From Cyanophora paradoxa CCMP329 (taxonomy: Eukaryota > Plantae > Glaucophyta): a stretch of DNA of 64,000 nt. A program made the position numbers and the translations under genes. Shown in pieces: positions 22,101 to 35,454 of the stretch. The notes beneath the pieces were generated by a model, which did no database searches, was not told where the DNA came from, and saw nothing but the letters and a program-made list of their open reading frames with translations. How positions within the stretch are numbered: position 1 is the first letter of the stretch; the number at the start of each line of letters is the position of its first letter. The DNA is taken from the NCBI GenBank assembly GCA_004431415.1, contig QPMI01000064.1, positions 1 through 64,000 on the forward strand. Reading direction: 5' to 3'.

Positions 22101-25100
22101 CACACACTCGCCGTCGGCGCCGCCAGGTGAGGGGGGGAGGGAGGGAGGGAGGGAGAGGGAGATGCAAGGGCGGCCGGGGGCGCGCGCTCCTCGCCCTTAC
22201 CTTCTTTCCTTCCCCCCCCCCCTTCCAGCTTCAAGGCGTCGGGCTTTCTCCGCCGCGAGTCAAACACCGCCTCCGAGGACGAGGTCCGCTCAGATCAGAT
22301 CAGATCAGATCGGATCAGATCAGATCAGATCGGATCGGATCAGATCAGATCGCTATGCTGGCGATCCGGCCTCCTCTCTCTTCTCTTTCTTACATCCGCT
22401 GCGCGCCCCTCCTCAGGTCGAGCTGGCCGCCAAGGCGGCGGCGGCGGCTGCGGCCAAGTCCCGTGGCGGGGCCCAGAAGGGCGAGAAGGGCGAGGGCGGG
22501 GGCGAGGGCAAGGAGGGGGCCGAGAAGGGCGCCAAGCACCGCGGCCGGCGTCGCTCGGCGGACGCAGGCGGCAAGGAGGACGGCGCGGCCGCCGGGTACG
22601 CATTCCCTTCGAATTCCCGCGCCGTTCCTGCGCCCGAGCCGGGCGCAGCAGCGGGGGCGAGGGCGAGGGCGGGGGGAAGGACCGGCTCTCCCGCCGCGCC
22701 TCGCACGCTTCGGCCGGCTCGGACAAGTCAGATGAGCTGGACGGCCCCCAGGGGCGCCGGGGGGGCACCAGCGACATCGTCACCGCGCTCACCCGCCGCT
22801 ACATCACGGTATCCCCCCCCCCGGCCTCCCCGCTTCTTCGTTGGAGAAACGTCACCGACCGGATTCGAACCGCGTGCAGGCCTTCTTCGTGATCGCGATC
22901 ATCACGGCAGCCAACGTGCGCGGCCTGGAGTCAGATCTGATCTGATCCTCGAGCCTTCGAGCTGACCGCGGGCGCCCCGGCCGGCCGCCCCGCTACCCCC
23001 CGCAGTTCACGATGTGCTTCGTGCTGCTGGACGAGACGCAGTACGTCGCCGGCTACATCCGCGAGGCCGGGTCCGCCCCGCATTGCATCGCCATATTATA
23101 TGTTTATAGAAACAAATGAGCATCAGTACTACAGCTATGTTTATTACAGACATAGCAATCCATAGAGACATAATCATAACAATGTAGAGACACCATACAA
23201 ACATACGCCCCGGCCCCTTCCCTTTTCAACCACCCATTTTCTGCCACCCGGGGCCGGGTGCGCCCCAGAGCAAACATAGCCACGAAACATACATACATAG
23301 AATGAGCATCAGATATATAAAAGAATGAGCTGCGAGTGTTTATAAGATCTGTAAACATACAGAGAATGAACATCCATTCATCCATCCTCCGCTTTGTCTA
23401 TCGATATCATAGCTGCCCGCGCCCCTCCTTATTCCGCCCTTCTGTCCTCCGCTTGTTTCTCTGAAGCGGCACCGCCCCGCCCGCCCGCCCGCCCGCCCGC
23501 CCGCCCGCCCGCCCGCCTGCCCGCATGCACGCGCGCTTCCCTTTGAAGAAGAAGCGCTCCCGCCTCGCCTCGCCTCGCCTCCCCGCCCGCGCCTCCCCTC
23601 CATCCACCCGTCCCTCCTCCTCTGCGCGTTGAATTGTAGTGCGTTAACGTTAACGTTCGCCCGCAGGTTCCGGTGGGAGAAGGTGACGGAGGTGCACCAC
23701 TGGGCCCGCGAGGCCGTCGTCAACGGTCCGCCCGCTAAACGTAAAGCATGCTCGAGCTAGCTTGAGGAAGGGCCGAATGGATTAAACGGAATAAGTAGCT
23801 AGCTATTGATATAGCTGAACAACTAATTATAATCCCAGTAATAATATAAGCCGTCGTCAACGGTCAACGGTCCGCCCGCTTCTTCGGCCCCTCCTCACGC
23901 ACCGCACGCTAAAAGCCGATCTAGTTGTTTAGTTGTTGCTAGCTAGTTATTTCTATTGGCTCTTGCGAGCCTTATAGTTGGTTTCTTGAAGCGCGGTCTG
24001 ACCTCGCCTCGTTCCGCGCCGCGCAGACGGCTCGACCCTCAACCTGCCCGCCATTCTGCGGAAGCTCCACAGCGCCGTCCGCGCGGTGAGTTGGGCTCTT
24101 CAGGAGCAGGTTTTACCATCGCCCTGCTAGCGTGAATAGATGAACCAAGCTAAGCGGTGCCGCTGCGCTGTGCACCGCCATCTACCAAACGCTCCGACCC
24201 TTCGTTGTTCTGATCTATCAAACACCCGGCAGCTGGCGGACTCGCAGCGGGCGCTGGTGCAGGGTAACAGCACAATGCAGATGCCTCCCAACCTCGCCCG
24301 GTGCGCCCGTCCTGTACCCCGGCTCGGCCCGCCCCCCTTCGAAATTGATCTCGCGCACGCACTGACGCGCGCCCTCTGCCGCTGCTGTCGTCGTCGCCGC
24401 CGCGCCCCGCAGCTACGCCCCGCAGGACCGGTGCGCTATATATACCGTGACTGCACCCGCCTGATCTGATCTATCTGTCCCCAGCCTTCTGTTCGAGGAG
24501 CGCTGCATGCTCTCGGACGCCTCCATGTGCGAGGCGATCACCGTGCGCCCCGGGCCGCCGCCAGCAACGCTTCCCTTTCCACCGCGCGCGTCCGTTAATA
24601 TAACGTCTGGCGCGCGCGCTATAATTAGATCGCGGACCCGGCGCGGGTCACGTCGGGCCTGGACTTCATGATGCAGTCGGTCGTCCACTCGGGCCTCGCG
24701 GTCCGCCCCCGCCCCCCCCTCCCCCCCCTCCCTCCCCCCCTCCCCCCCCCCACCCCCCGCCCCCCCGCCGCGCGCGCCAGCTAAAGACCGCGTCAACTTA
24801 ACTTAACGTCAAAGAACTTGTAGTGCGGCCCTCTGTCGGAGCGCCAGCTGACTGGTATCTTATCTGGGTACAGGTCCTGCAGCAGTTCGGGTTCTTCGCT
24901 CCGCAGGGCGAGGTGCGCTCCCGCTACCCCCTCCCCCTCCCCCTCCCCCCCTCCCCCACCACCACCCACCCTCTCCCTCCGCCGCCGTCCCCGGACCTCC
25001 CATAGTTTCCCATGGCATAAAATTAAAGCGTCTCTCTCTAAAGCTGCAGGCCTCCGCGCCGCGGACCCTTTTCCGTGCCGGGCCCCGCGACGCCGACGCG

Positions 25101-27685
25101 GCCCTTAAGCTTCCCGGCCCCCGGCCCCCGAGCCTCTCGGTAGTTTTCTACAAAGCGTTTCGGCCCCAGCTCCAGGCCTGCACGCTGCCGACACGACGGA
25201 TTCCCACAAAAGGAATTCTTAGGAAGCTTAAGAATTCTTCCGGCGACCCCTTCCGCCGCCCCCGGCCCTGGCCAACGCCCCCGCGCCGCCGATTGCGACC
25301 CCTTTCCAGCCAGGCCCTGGACCTCCCATAGTGTCCCGTAACACAGAGGCGTCTCTTTCTCATAGTATCTTCCCCATAAGAAGGCACGCCTAGCATAGAG
25401 CTTTCTTTTCAAGAACAAAAATGAAAGGAAGGGTTCTTAGAACTTAACTTTTGCTTCGAACATAAAAGGAAGGGTTTCTCTCTTTCTCACGGTACCCCCT
25501 TCTCTTCCTTTCTTCCCTTCGTTCGCAGGTGGACGAGGGGCGGCTGGCGGCGCTCGAGGCGGCGCCGCCGGCGGCCCTCTACGACTACGCCGCCATACGC
25601 GCCACCTCCCCGGGTCCGTAAAGAATACAAAATTTATAATAGTTATAAGCAGCCCAGTTATAATACAACAGAAGCGAAATAGTTATTATCCAATAGAAGC
25701 CGCCATCCGCGCCACCTCCCCGGGTCCTAATATATAGAATTGGTCGAGCAGCCCAGTTATAATACAATAGAATCCTAATAGTTATAATCCAACAGAAGCC
25801 AAATAGTGATGATGGAGGCCCCGCAATCGATGATGAACAAAGCCCTAGGCCTGACCGCTCCGCCCCGCCCCGCCCCACGGCTGGCTGCCCACCCCACCCC
25901 ACCCACCCACCCCACCCACCCCACCCCACCCACCCGCCTCCTCCCTCCTCCCTCCCTCGCCCGCCCCTCCCCTCCCCTAACTCGCCCCCAGGGGTGCGGG
26001 CCATCCTGGAGCTGGACAAGGGCGGCTTCGTCGACGAGGCCTCCACCCGCTCCATGGCCCTCTACCGCCAGGCGCGCCCGCCCCGCCCGAATTAATTCGA
26101 ATTCCAGAGCCATGTTAAGCGAACATAAGCTGCGGCGCTTTATATGGCCCTCTACCGCCAGAGCCCACGTTCGAGACTAGTACTCCTGAGCTTGAGCTTG
26201 AGCTGTGGCGCCGTATATACACCTTCCACCGCTTGAGCTATTTCTAAACTTAATCGGAGCCCGGCGGGAGCCGCCGCGCGACCAGTGGCGCAGGCAGCGC
26301 CCCAGCGCCAGCGCACTGACGCAGCGGCCCTCTTGCCCGCCCGCCTGACTATAGTACTCCCGAGCTTGAGCTTGGCTGTGGCGCCGTGTACATATAGACG
26401 CTCTTCAAGCTGAAGCTGTGGCGACATATGACGCCATATGACGACAGATGGCGGACGAGCGGGTGCGGGCGGTGCTGGGCGCGGAGATCGCTGTCCTCAT
26501 CGTCGAGCTCGTCCTCCTGGCCGCCCTCTACGGTCCGCCCCCGACCCCGCCCCGCCCCGCCCCGCCCTCTACAGTCCGCGCACAGCAATAGCGCGGCCCT
26601 GCGATAGCCTTGCTCCATAGAAACTAAGCACCACATTACATTGAAGAAGAAGAACTAAGCGCTGGAGCCCCCGATCCGCCCCCGCCCCGCCCCGATCCGC
26701 CCGGCCCCGCCCCGCCCGTCTACGATCTCCGCACTCTCTTTGCCTCGACGCTATAAACAGAGTCGAGACGCCGCCCGGCCCGGCCCCGCCCGGCCCCGCC
26801 CGGCCCCGCCCCGCGTCGCGTCGCCCGGCCCCGCCTGATGCAGGGCGCCCGCCCGCCCGCGCAGTGTTCGTGTTTCGGTCGGTGGTGCAGAGGCTCCGCA
26901 CCGAGTGCAACCGCACCACCCAGGTGCCCGCCGCCCAGAGAGATCTAGAGGGATATCCTTGCCTCTTATACTAGAAAGATATCCCTTCCACTCTAAAGAC
27001 CGGAGCAGGTGCCAGCCCGCCGCTCACATTCGAGAGATCGAGAGGGACTAGAGAGAGTGCCTGCCTCTTATATTAGGGAGAAGAGAGATCCACGCCGCCT
27101 TCGTGACACTAGAGAGATCTAGAGGGACACCCCTGCCCTACAACCCGAGCCGGCTGTGCTCCGGGCGCCGGTGCAGCGGTGCTGGTGCCTGCCTCGTATA
27201 TATATTAGAGAGAAGAGAGATCCGTCCCGCGTCCTGCCAGCGGCTAGAAGCAGCCGTGCTCCGGTCCGGGGCCGTTGCGGCCTCCCCTCTCCTCGCCCAT
27301 CTCCCCGCCGCCCCGCCCCTCGCGCCCTCCGTCCCCCTCGCCCCTCTCCGCTGACAGAGGCCCCCCCCTCAGTTTATCGGGATGATCCCCGCCAAGGTCC
27401 TCGTCCAGGTCCGTCCGCCCCGCCCCGCGCGCCCCGCCCTGTCCCGCCCCGCTCCTGTCGTTCAAATTCGAACTTGTGGATTCGGATCCGGATCCGGAGA
27501 TCTAGCTTCTCACGCTTCTAATCTTCTTCATACTTGTATATGTGGAGATGCAGCCTCCTCTAGCTTCTCCCTGGCCGCCTCGACGTCGACGTCAGTCCCT
27601 CACTCTGACCGGATCGGGCGCGTGCGCGTGAGCGCAGGTCCCGGCGCTGCAGAAGTACGCGCAGGGCGACACGCGGGAAGACTAG
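12125..27685 (+). CDS. Large TmcB/TmcC-like multi-pass membrane protein with TPR-like region (many exons)
   Basis: N-terminal TM bundle (DVIDFFQLI, FWAVVALVALM, HGRVSFLYTL, LPFYR). Then VEVSTRF, AEAVYQSAYQLFPDSAYVRLSHAVFL, FDVRF, YRSLLSK|FPNSKLLLREYGSFLDNVANEP|ELAKMHFNAA|DEIEE. Further TM pairs follow, and the C-terminus reads FRSVVQRLRTECNRTTQ|FIGMIPAKVLVQ|VPALQKY...*. No PAS domain was recognised. Confidence 0.7.
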
Positions 27686-28351
27686 CGCTGGCGCTGCAGC
27701 GCGACTCGGCGAGGCGCGGTTTCGAGCCCGGACCCGGCCGGCACGCGCTGGGCGCCCGGCGGATCCGAGGCGGACCCGCCAGCAGCTCCCGAAAAGACTG
27801 CTGGCGCCGGCGCTGCCCTCGCGGCACCGCTACAATTTTATATATATTACTTAAAGCTTATGTATCAGCTCAACTCTAATGGGCACGGCAAGTTAGTTCG
27901 GCAAGCTGCACACGTAATCTTGTACAATACATCGTATTAGTTCCGCAGGCCCGAGGCTGGGCAATCGGCATCCGGTGCCTTAAATCTGCCTTGCACATAA
28001 TCTTGCCTGATTTCTAATTTGCAAATTGGGGGAGCGCTCTGAATTGCATGCATACAATATACATACGTCAAGACGACGTCGACATGTATATATACGTACA
28101 CTCAGCCTACAAAAGCCACAAAGAGATAAATTAAAGCCCGGATGCAAAAGGAAGTCTGATGCGAAATTCGACAGCAAAATGTAAATTAAAATTACAGACA
28201 TGCACATGCGACGTGAAGTCGTGAGCATGAATAAGCGAGTGACGTCGAAAGAATAAAGAGCGAAAGGAATAAAATGCGATCTACAGGAATAAAAAGGAAG
28301 CGATCAGATTATAAATTAGATGATTATATGACAGCCAGAGGCCGGGTTGTA

Positions 28352-28969
28352 TTAGACGAAGCGCTGACGGGGTCGGTGGATCGGAGAGGGCGAGCGGGAG
28401 GGGGGCGCCTTGATGGTCATACCGCCGGCGGTGACGGCGCCCTTGTGCTCGTCCACGTGCACGCGCTGCCGCCCCGCCCGCGCGCCGACCGGGCAGGTCA
28501 GCTCGAGGGAAAGCCGCGAAGCCGAAGAGCCGCGGGGGTCAGGGCCTGGCACGAATTAAAGCCCAAGTGCGCGGCCGCGGGCAGTCCCCGCCCCCGCCCC
28601 CGCCCCCGCCCACGCCCCCGCCCCACCCCCGCCCACGCCCACGCCCGCCTCTGATCCGATCGGGATCGGGAGCCCGATCCGCCCGCACCTGCAGCCGACG
28701 ACAAAGGGCTTGCCCATGCCGCGTACCACCACCGCCGCGTGGCTCGTCGACCCGCCCCGCGCTGCGCGGCCGACCGGAGCGCGGAAGGGGTACGCGTGAC
28801 GTCGACGCGCCTTCGCGCCCGCGACTTCGCGCCGTTCTGTGCACGTGCACGTGGAAGCCACCACAACCCTAGGCCAGCACAGGTCCGGTTACGGCCCAAC
28901 GCGCGCCGGCGCCGCGCCGGCGCCCTCACCCGCGTCAGGCGACGAGCGCGAGGCGGCTCCGGGATCCAT
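28352..28969 (-). pseudogene. ppdK: Degenerate fragment of pyruvate,phosphate dikinase (PEP-utiliser phospho-His swivel domain)
   Basis: Exon 28689-28761 encodes RGGSTSHAAVVVRGMGKPFVVGC, matching the PPDK RGGMTSHAAVVARGMGKPCVVGC signature. The next exon, RVHVDEHKGAVTAGGMTIK, is PPDK-like but appears 1 nt out of frame. An upstream remnant SPD..GGFHV is also out of frame. Confidence 0.65.
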
Positions 28970-29552
28970 GGCCAGAGCGACGGGGGGATGCTATCGGCGG
29001 CCGCGGCGGATCTGCGCGCGCAGGGGGGCGCTCAAAGACGCCCGATTGGAGATCGATATCTAGAACCGCCACAGGGCGCCCGACCGCACGCGTACGCGCA
29101 GCGCCCACGAACGGAGCTCCGCCTCCCAAGTGTCGAGGTATTGCGAGGGCCCGACATGCTGCCCCGCGAAGGACCGCGCGGCTGCTGCTGCGGCGCCGAC
29201 TGCGGGTCGCAGGGCGCCCGACCGCACGCGCTGCCCGCCTGTGCCCCGCAGCTGCTGCGCCACGAATCTTTCTTCTCCGATCCATCTTGATCGGCGGCCG
29301 AGGTAGCGTGCGCGCTCTTGGCGGAACGTCGGGAGGCCAGGGGGGCCGGGACCTTGGCACGGGTACAGGGCATGAAGCCGGCCACGCCAGCAGCAACCCC
29401 CCTTGCAACCTCAGCACAGCGTCCGCGCAGTGTCAGCATCACCTGCGTGAGTCGCTCGAGGGGCCGCTCGCTCCTTCGAGCTTAGCTGCGTTGCCAAGTT
29501 GCTCGGCGGACCAATTTGAGCCAGCCGCCGGAGCGGCAGCGCTCCAGGCACT

Positions 29553-32089
29553 ATGCGTCGGGGTTCGCACTCACATGAGCGGCACGAGCGAAGGCGCAGC
29601 AGCCTCGGGGCCCAGCCTCAGGACCGGCGACGAGAGAAGTTTCTTGAGGTCCTGGGCTCAGTCCTCGCGCAGGCACGCACTGCTCCCTGCAGCTTAGCTG
29701 TACGTTCTGATAGGCACAACCGCAGACGAAGAACTACGAGCGCGCCGTCGCGGAGGCGCGGCGGTCGAACTCGCAGCTCTTGAAAGAACGCCCGCGGAGC
29801 GGCGAGGGCGATCATGCCATCGACGACGCGATAAACGACATGTTCGGCGCTGTGGCCGCACAGGCACGCGCCCTGCCGCCGCGTTCGAGCCCGGTGGCGC
29901 GCCCCGCTAACGCTCGCGCCTCCGCCTCGCCCGCCGCAGCTCTCGGCGCACCGCGAGCAGTGCACGCGGCTCCGCTCGGAGCTGCTGGATCTGGACCCGG
30001 AGTCGCCGGGGGGCGGCCGGCTGGACGAGCTGGCGGAGAGCCTGCGGGAGGCGCTGGGGGCAATGGAGCGCATCATGACGAACGTCTCCGCCGCCCTCGC
30101 CGCCATCGCCGACCGCATGCACGCCCCGCACGGCGCCGCCCCGCAGGCCGGGCGGGCCCCCAGCGGCGGGTGCGGCGCGCGCGCCCGGCCCCCTCCGCGC
30201 GCCGCGCCGCGCCGTGAGCGGCGGGGCGGGGCAGGAAGCGGGCGCTGGTGGCGGGGGCGGCGCAGCTCGCAGCGCAGCAGCGGCGCATCTTCGACGAGAT
30301 AACCGCCGCCTTCCTCGCCGGCCACGCCGCCGCCGCGCAGGCCGCCGCCCAGGTCCGCCCCGCGCCGCGCCGCCCGCCGCCCTTTGCGCTTGAGCGAGTG
30401 CCGTGCGCGCGCAGCCCGTGCGGCCGATCAGCGCCCCTCTGAAGGCGCCGGCGCCGGCGCCGCCTGGGGCCGCCGCCTTGCGCCAGTCCGTCCCCAAAGG
30501 CAGCGCGAAGGGCGGCGCGAAGGGCGCTGGCGAGTCCCCGAAGACGAAGGCGGAGGGCGAGCCGCCTGGGACGGTTCTCCCGCCGCTGCCAGGCGCCAGG
30601 CCGGCGTCGGGCCGCGTCACGCCCACCGCGCCGCCCAGCGGCCACCCGCAGCCGCAGCTGCAGCCGCCCGCGACCCCGCCGCGCGTCCCGTCCCAGGGTC
30701 CCTCCTCTTTTCTTCTCGGCTCGAGCCCGCCGGCGCCACAGGTCTGACGCGTACCCCTGGCGCAGAAGGGCGCCCGCAAGCAGCGGAGCCGCCGACCGCG
30801 CCGCTGTCCGGCGAGGCTGGGAGGCCGTCGGCGGGGCAGGGCGGCGGCGGGGCGGCGCCGCGGCGCGGGGCGTGCCGCGGAGCTCCTCGATGCCGGCGCA
30901 GCCGACGCCGCCGGCGGCGGGGCCGCCCTCGGCGCGGGCCCCGCGGCCGAGCTCGCACCGCGCGGCCGGAGCGGCACCCGGGGCCGCGAAGCCGTCCGCC
31001 CCGCGGCAGGGGAGCTTCGGGGCCGCGCGGGGCGGGCCGGGCGGCGGCGCCCAGCGGCAGGAGCACGGACCGCCGCCGGCGCCGGCGGTGCCGAGGCCAC
31101 CACAGCGGCCGAGCAGCGGCCGGCGGCAGGGGAGCTTCAAGAGCGGGGAGGGCGCGCTGCCCGGCGCTGGTCGGCAAGAGCCCTCTGCTGCGACGCCCGG
31201 GCAGACGGGCAGCGGGCCGGGGCGGCGGGGGAGCTCCGGCGGCCCGCCGCCCGAGCAGGGGTCGAGCGAGGGGCAGCCGCCGGCGGGCGCGGGCCGGCGG
31301 CCGTCCCAGAGCCACGCAGGCGGCGCGCCGCGGCAGGGGAGCTTCGGGAGGCGGCAGCAGGGCCAGGGCGCCCCGCAGGCGGCGGGGCGGCACGAGCGGG
31401 AGGGGCAGGCGCCGGCGCCGGCGGCGTCGGAGGCGAGGAGGGGCAGCGGGGCCCAACAGCTGCAGCAGCCGCAGCAGCGGCGTTCGTCGTCGTCCGGAGA
31501 GGCTGCGGGGCAGGGGCAGGGGCAGGGGCAGGGCCCGCCGGCCCGCCGGCCGCGCCGGGCGGCCCGCCGCCGCCGCCGCGGCGCGACGCCTCGGGGCGCG
31601 ACCTGCGGCCCCGCGCCTCGGACGGGGCCGTCGGCGTGCCCCGCCCGCGCCGCCCCAAGCGGAGGAGGCGGAGGCCCCGGGCGGCCCTGCAGAAGCAGCG
31701 GAGCCCAGCGCCGCAGCGGCGGAGGCCGGCGCGGCGCCGGCCGCCGCCGGCGAGCGGCCGCCGCGAGCCGGGCCCGCGAAGAGCGCCCAGCCCGGCCCCA
31801 GAGAAGAAGAAGAAACCCACCCCGCAGAGCCGGCGCCGGCAAGTGAGGCGGAGGCTGACGGGTGGGGCGATGGCGACGGCGACGGCGGCGACGCGTGCAA
31901 CCTCTTCGCGATGGTGGCCGCTGCCTGCGCGGGGCGGGGCCTGGCCTCCATCGGGGCCCGCCTGGCGGCCATGGCCGAAGGCCCGGGCCCGGGCCCCGGC
32001 GGCGCCCTCCACACCGCCGTCGAGGCGCACGGGGTGGCCCCCTCCTCGGGCTCGCCCGCATCGAGAGCCCCGCCGTGGTCCGCCGCCCG

Positions 32090-32125
<36 letters not shown>

Positions 32126-35100
32126 ACCCCACCCCACCCACCCCGCCCGCCCGGTCCCGCGCGCGCCTCGAGATCCTAACATAGGAGGCCTAAGAGAAGA
32201 TAGATAGATAGGATGTCCTAAGATGGGAGGGCCTGAGATAAGATAGATAGATAGGAGCCCCGCCGTGATCTGCCGGCCCCTCCTCGGTCGCCCCTCCTCC
32301 ATCCGGGCCCGTCTCCTCTTCCTCAGCTGGCGCGCGCGCACAGCGGCTGCCTAAGATAGGAGGACTAAGAGAAGATAGATAGATAGGATGTCCTAAGGCC
32401 CCTCCGGCCCCTCTCGCTGGTGCCCCTCCGGCCCCTCCTCGCGCACCCCTCCTCCATCCTCCATCCGGGCCCGGCCGCGGCCGACCGCCCCTCGCGCGCG
32501 CAGCGGCTGCCTGCGCTGGCGGCGGTGGCGAAGCTCGCGGGGGACGTCCTTCACTGCCGCGCCCTCCTCGAGGTCCCCAGCGCCCCGCCCGCCCCCGCCT
32601 CAGCTGAGAAGCTTAAGGCCGCCGGGCAGCACGGGGCGGCGGGCGTCGTGGCGCACCTGATGGCTCCCGGGCCCAAGGCTGAGCCCCGCGTGGCCCGCGC
32701 CGCCCTCCAGGCCGCCGCCGCCCTCGCCGCCGACCTCGTGCGCCACCTCTCGAGCCGCCCCTTCCGCACGTTCGTTTCTAAGGCCTCCTCGGAAGGACGG
32801 GCGGGCGGCGTGCGTGCGGGAGGGGATCCCGGGGCGCGCCCTGCGGCTGCTCGAGGTCCTTCCCGGGGAGGCGCTGGACGGCCTGGTGGCCCCGCTGCTG
32901 GCCGCCCTCGTCCAGTCCGAGGCAGGCCTGCGCTCCCTGCTGCAGTCCCAGGGCCGCGCCGCCCTGCCCCGCCTCGTCCGCTGGCTCTCGCTGCCCGCCG
33001 AGGCCGACGCCGGAGGCGGCGCCGGCCTCCGCGCCGCCGCCGCCGCCATCGCCGCCTGCCTCGCCCCGCACGGTGCGCGCGCCTCGCCCCGCCCCGCCCC
33101 TTCTCCCTTTCTCTGGCCGACCGGTTAGCTATCCGGCAGCGGACCTTGCCGAGGCGTTCTGCTTCTGTGGGCCGCGGGGCCTCGCCCCGGGCCTCCCGCC
33201 CGCCCTCGCCGCCCACCTCGACGCCGCCCTCTCTGCATCCCCGTCGCTCCCGTCCCCTCCGCCCCCGCCGCCGGCGAGGCGGTCCGGGCGCCCGGGCTTG
33301 AGGCCCTCCTCGGCCTGGCGACCTCCTCGGAGGCCCCCGCCCGCTCGCGGCGGCCGCCCTGCAGGCGGCCGCGCCCCTCGCCGCGCACCCGCGGCTGCGG
33401 GCGCGCCTCTGCGCCCCGGGGCTCCTCGCCTGGGCCCGCGGGGCCCTCGCCTGGAGGGGCGTCGAGCTGCAGCGGCCCCTCGGCCGGCTCCTCGTCGGCC
33501 TCTCCGTCGTGCGCCCGCCCGCCCTCGGTCGTTTAAAGGGTTTAAACGGATCTGTTAAAACACTCAAGAACTTCAAGGATTTAAACTCAAGAACCTTATG
33601 GAGAAGGCGGCGCCGTCGCTAAAGGCGCCTCGCACCGTAGTTGAAAGACGCCCTCGCTAACGGTCTGGAGTTGATAAGAACACCGAGTGCTAGCAAAGAC
33701 TTTCTCACTCACCTCTACCGCCCCACCTAAGCCACCTGAGGCTATCTATCTCACCTTAATCGCCCGTCGCTAAAGGCGCCCTCGCTAACGTTCTAGAGTT
33801 GATAGGATAAGACTTTCTCAACTCTACCGCCAAACCTAAGCCACCTGAGGCTATCTATCTCACCTTGGGCGCCCTCGCCCGCAGGACGACGAGGCGACGG
33901 GCCGGCTGCTGGAGGCGGGCCTGCTCGAGCCGCTGGCGGCCTGCGCGCTCCGCTCGGCGGCGCCCGACGTCGCCCGCTGCGCCGCCGTCGTCCTCGCGAA
34001 CCTCTCCGAGCGCCCCGCGACGCGCGCCGCCCTCGTCGCCGCCGGCGCCGCCCGCCCCCTCGCCGCCCTCGCCGGGCACGTGGCCGAGCACGTGCGGCGG
34101 CAGGCCGCCCGCGCCCTCTCCAACCTCGCCGCCGACGGTGCCCTAAATATAATCCAGAGCTTGCTTTACTTTTAGAAGGCCCTATTAGAGCACTTAAGAA
34201 CCTTGAAGTCTTAAACTTCTTAAGTTATTCTTTAGAGGGGCCCGAACGCCCGCGCCCTCTCCAACCTCGCCGCCGACGGTGCCGCGCCGCCCTTCGTTTC
34301 TAGAAGGCCCACTAGATAAGACCTTGAAGATAGGACCCACCACTAGCCCACATTTCGAGAGCTTGATGGATTGCGGGATCCACCATCGAATAGTTTATCT
34401 CTCGAGCCCCCTCGAGCCTCGTTCGCTCCTCGGCTTCCGCGTCGGGCGCCTCACTCGCGCCCTGCGCAGCGGAGGCGAGGGGCGCGCTGAGCGAGGGCGA
34501 GGCCCGCGCCGTGGTGCAGGCCGCCGTCGCCCGCCTCATCGCCGACGAGAGGTGCCCCTTCTTAAGTGTCTTAAGTGTTTTAGAAGGACCTGTTATAACA
34601 CTTAAGAACATTGAAGATTTAAACTTGAGAACCTTTAGAACCGTCGAGAGGAGCCCCGCCCGTCCGCCCGCCCGCCCGACCGACCGACCGGGCGGGGCGG
34701 CAGCGTGGACCTGCGGCGGACGGCGCTGGCGGCGCTGGCGTCCCTCACCGAGTCGGGCCGGTGGCGGGCGGGCCTGCTGGAGGGGCCCGAGGACCTGCCC
34801 GGGCTCGCCTTAGGCGTCCTGGAGGCGGACCTGGGGGACCCAATCTCGCAGCGCTGCGCCATCCGCGTCATCGCCAACTGCACCGACGCCGCCGCCGCCC
34901 TCGGCATGGCCGACGGTGCGCCCCGGCCCGCCCCGCGCCGTCGAAGGCGCCGGCTCTTAGCGGCGGCGCGCGCGCGCGGGCAGAGCTGCACGCGTTCAGG
35001 CGGGCGGTGCTGGCGCTGGCGGAGCGGGGCAGCGCGGCGGTCGGGGACGGGGCGGGGGCCCGAGCCCTCTGCGAGCGCCTCCTCGCCGCCGAGGCCGCCG

Positions 35101-35201
35101 CCGAGGCGGCCCACGCCCGGGACCAGGGCCAGGGCCAAGGCCAGGGCCCCGAGGAGGCCGCACCCTCCCCCTCCCCCGCCGCCGCCCCGCCGGGCCCCTG
35201 A
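29553..35201 (+). CDS. Armadillo-repeat protein with N-terminal helical region and long low-complexity linker
   Basis: Exons such as LLEAGLLEPLAACALRSAAPDVARCAAVVLANLSERPATRAALVAAGAARPLAALAGHVAEHVRRQAARALSNLAAD and RRTALAALASLTES...CAIRVIANC show the ARM pattern. There is an apparent frameshift in the linker near 31550. Confidence 0.65.
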
Positions 35202-35454
35202 CGCCCGCCCGCCCGGCCCCGGCCCCCGGGGCCGTCCCCCTCCCCTGCCCTTCCCCCATCCGACCGCTTCTCCCCCTCCCCTGCCCACGCGCCTGCGTAT
35301 CCCCCCCCTCGCCCCAATCCATCAGCCTGCAATTCCCCCTTTCCAATTCCGATTTCGCGCATGCGCGAAGTTGCAATAGTCAACGTTGGTTCATGAGTCG
35401 CACTGCGGCACTGCCTAGCCTGGCAAAGGCTCGAGCTACCTCTCAGGAGCCCAC

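Noticed and set aside
22849-22873. Minus-strand GCGGTTCGAATCCGGTCGGTGACG resembling a tRNA 3' end
   Set aside because: There is no matching 5' half, D-arm or anticodon arm. It lies in an intron abutting an exon and is at most a remnant.
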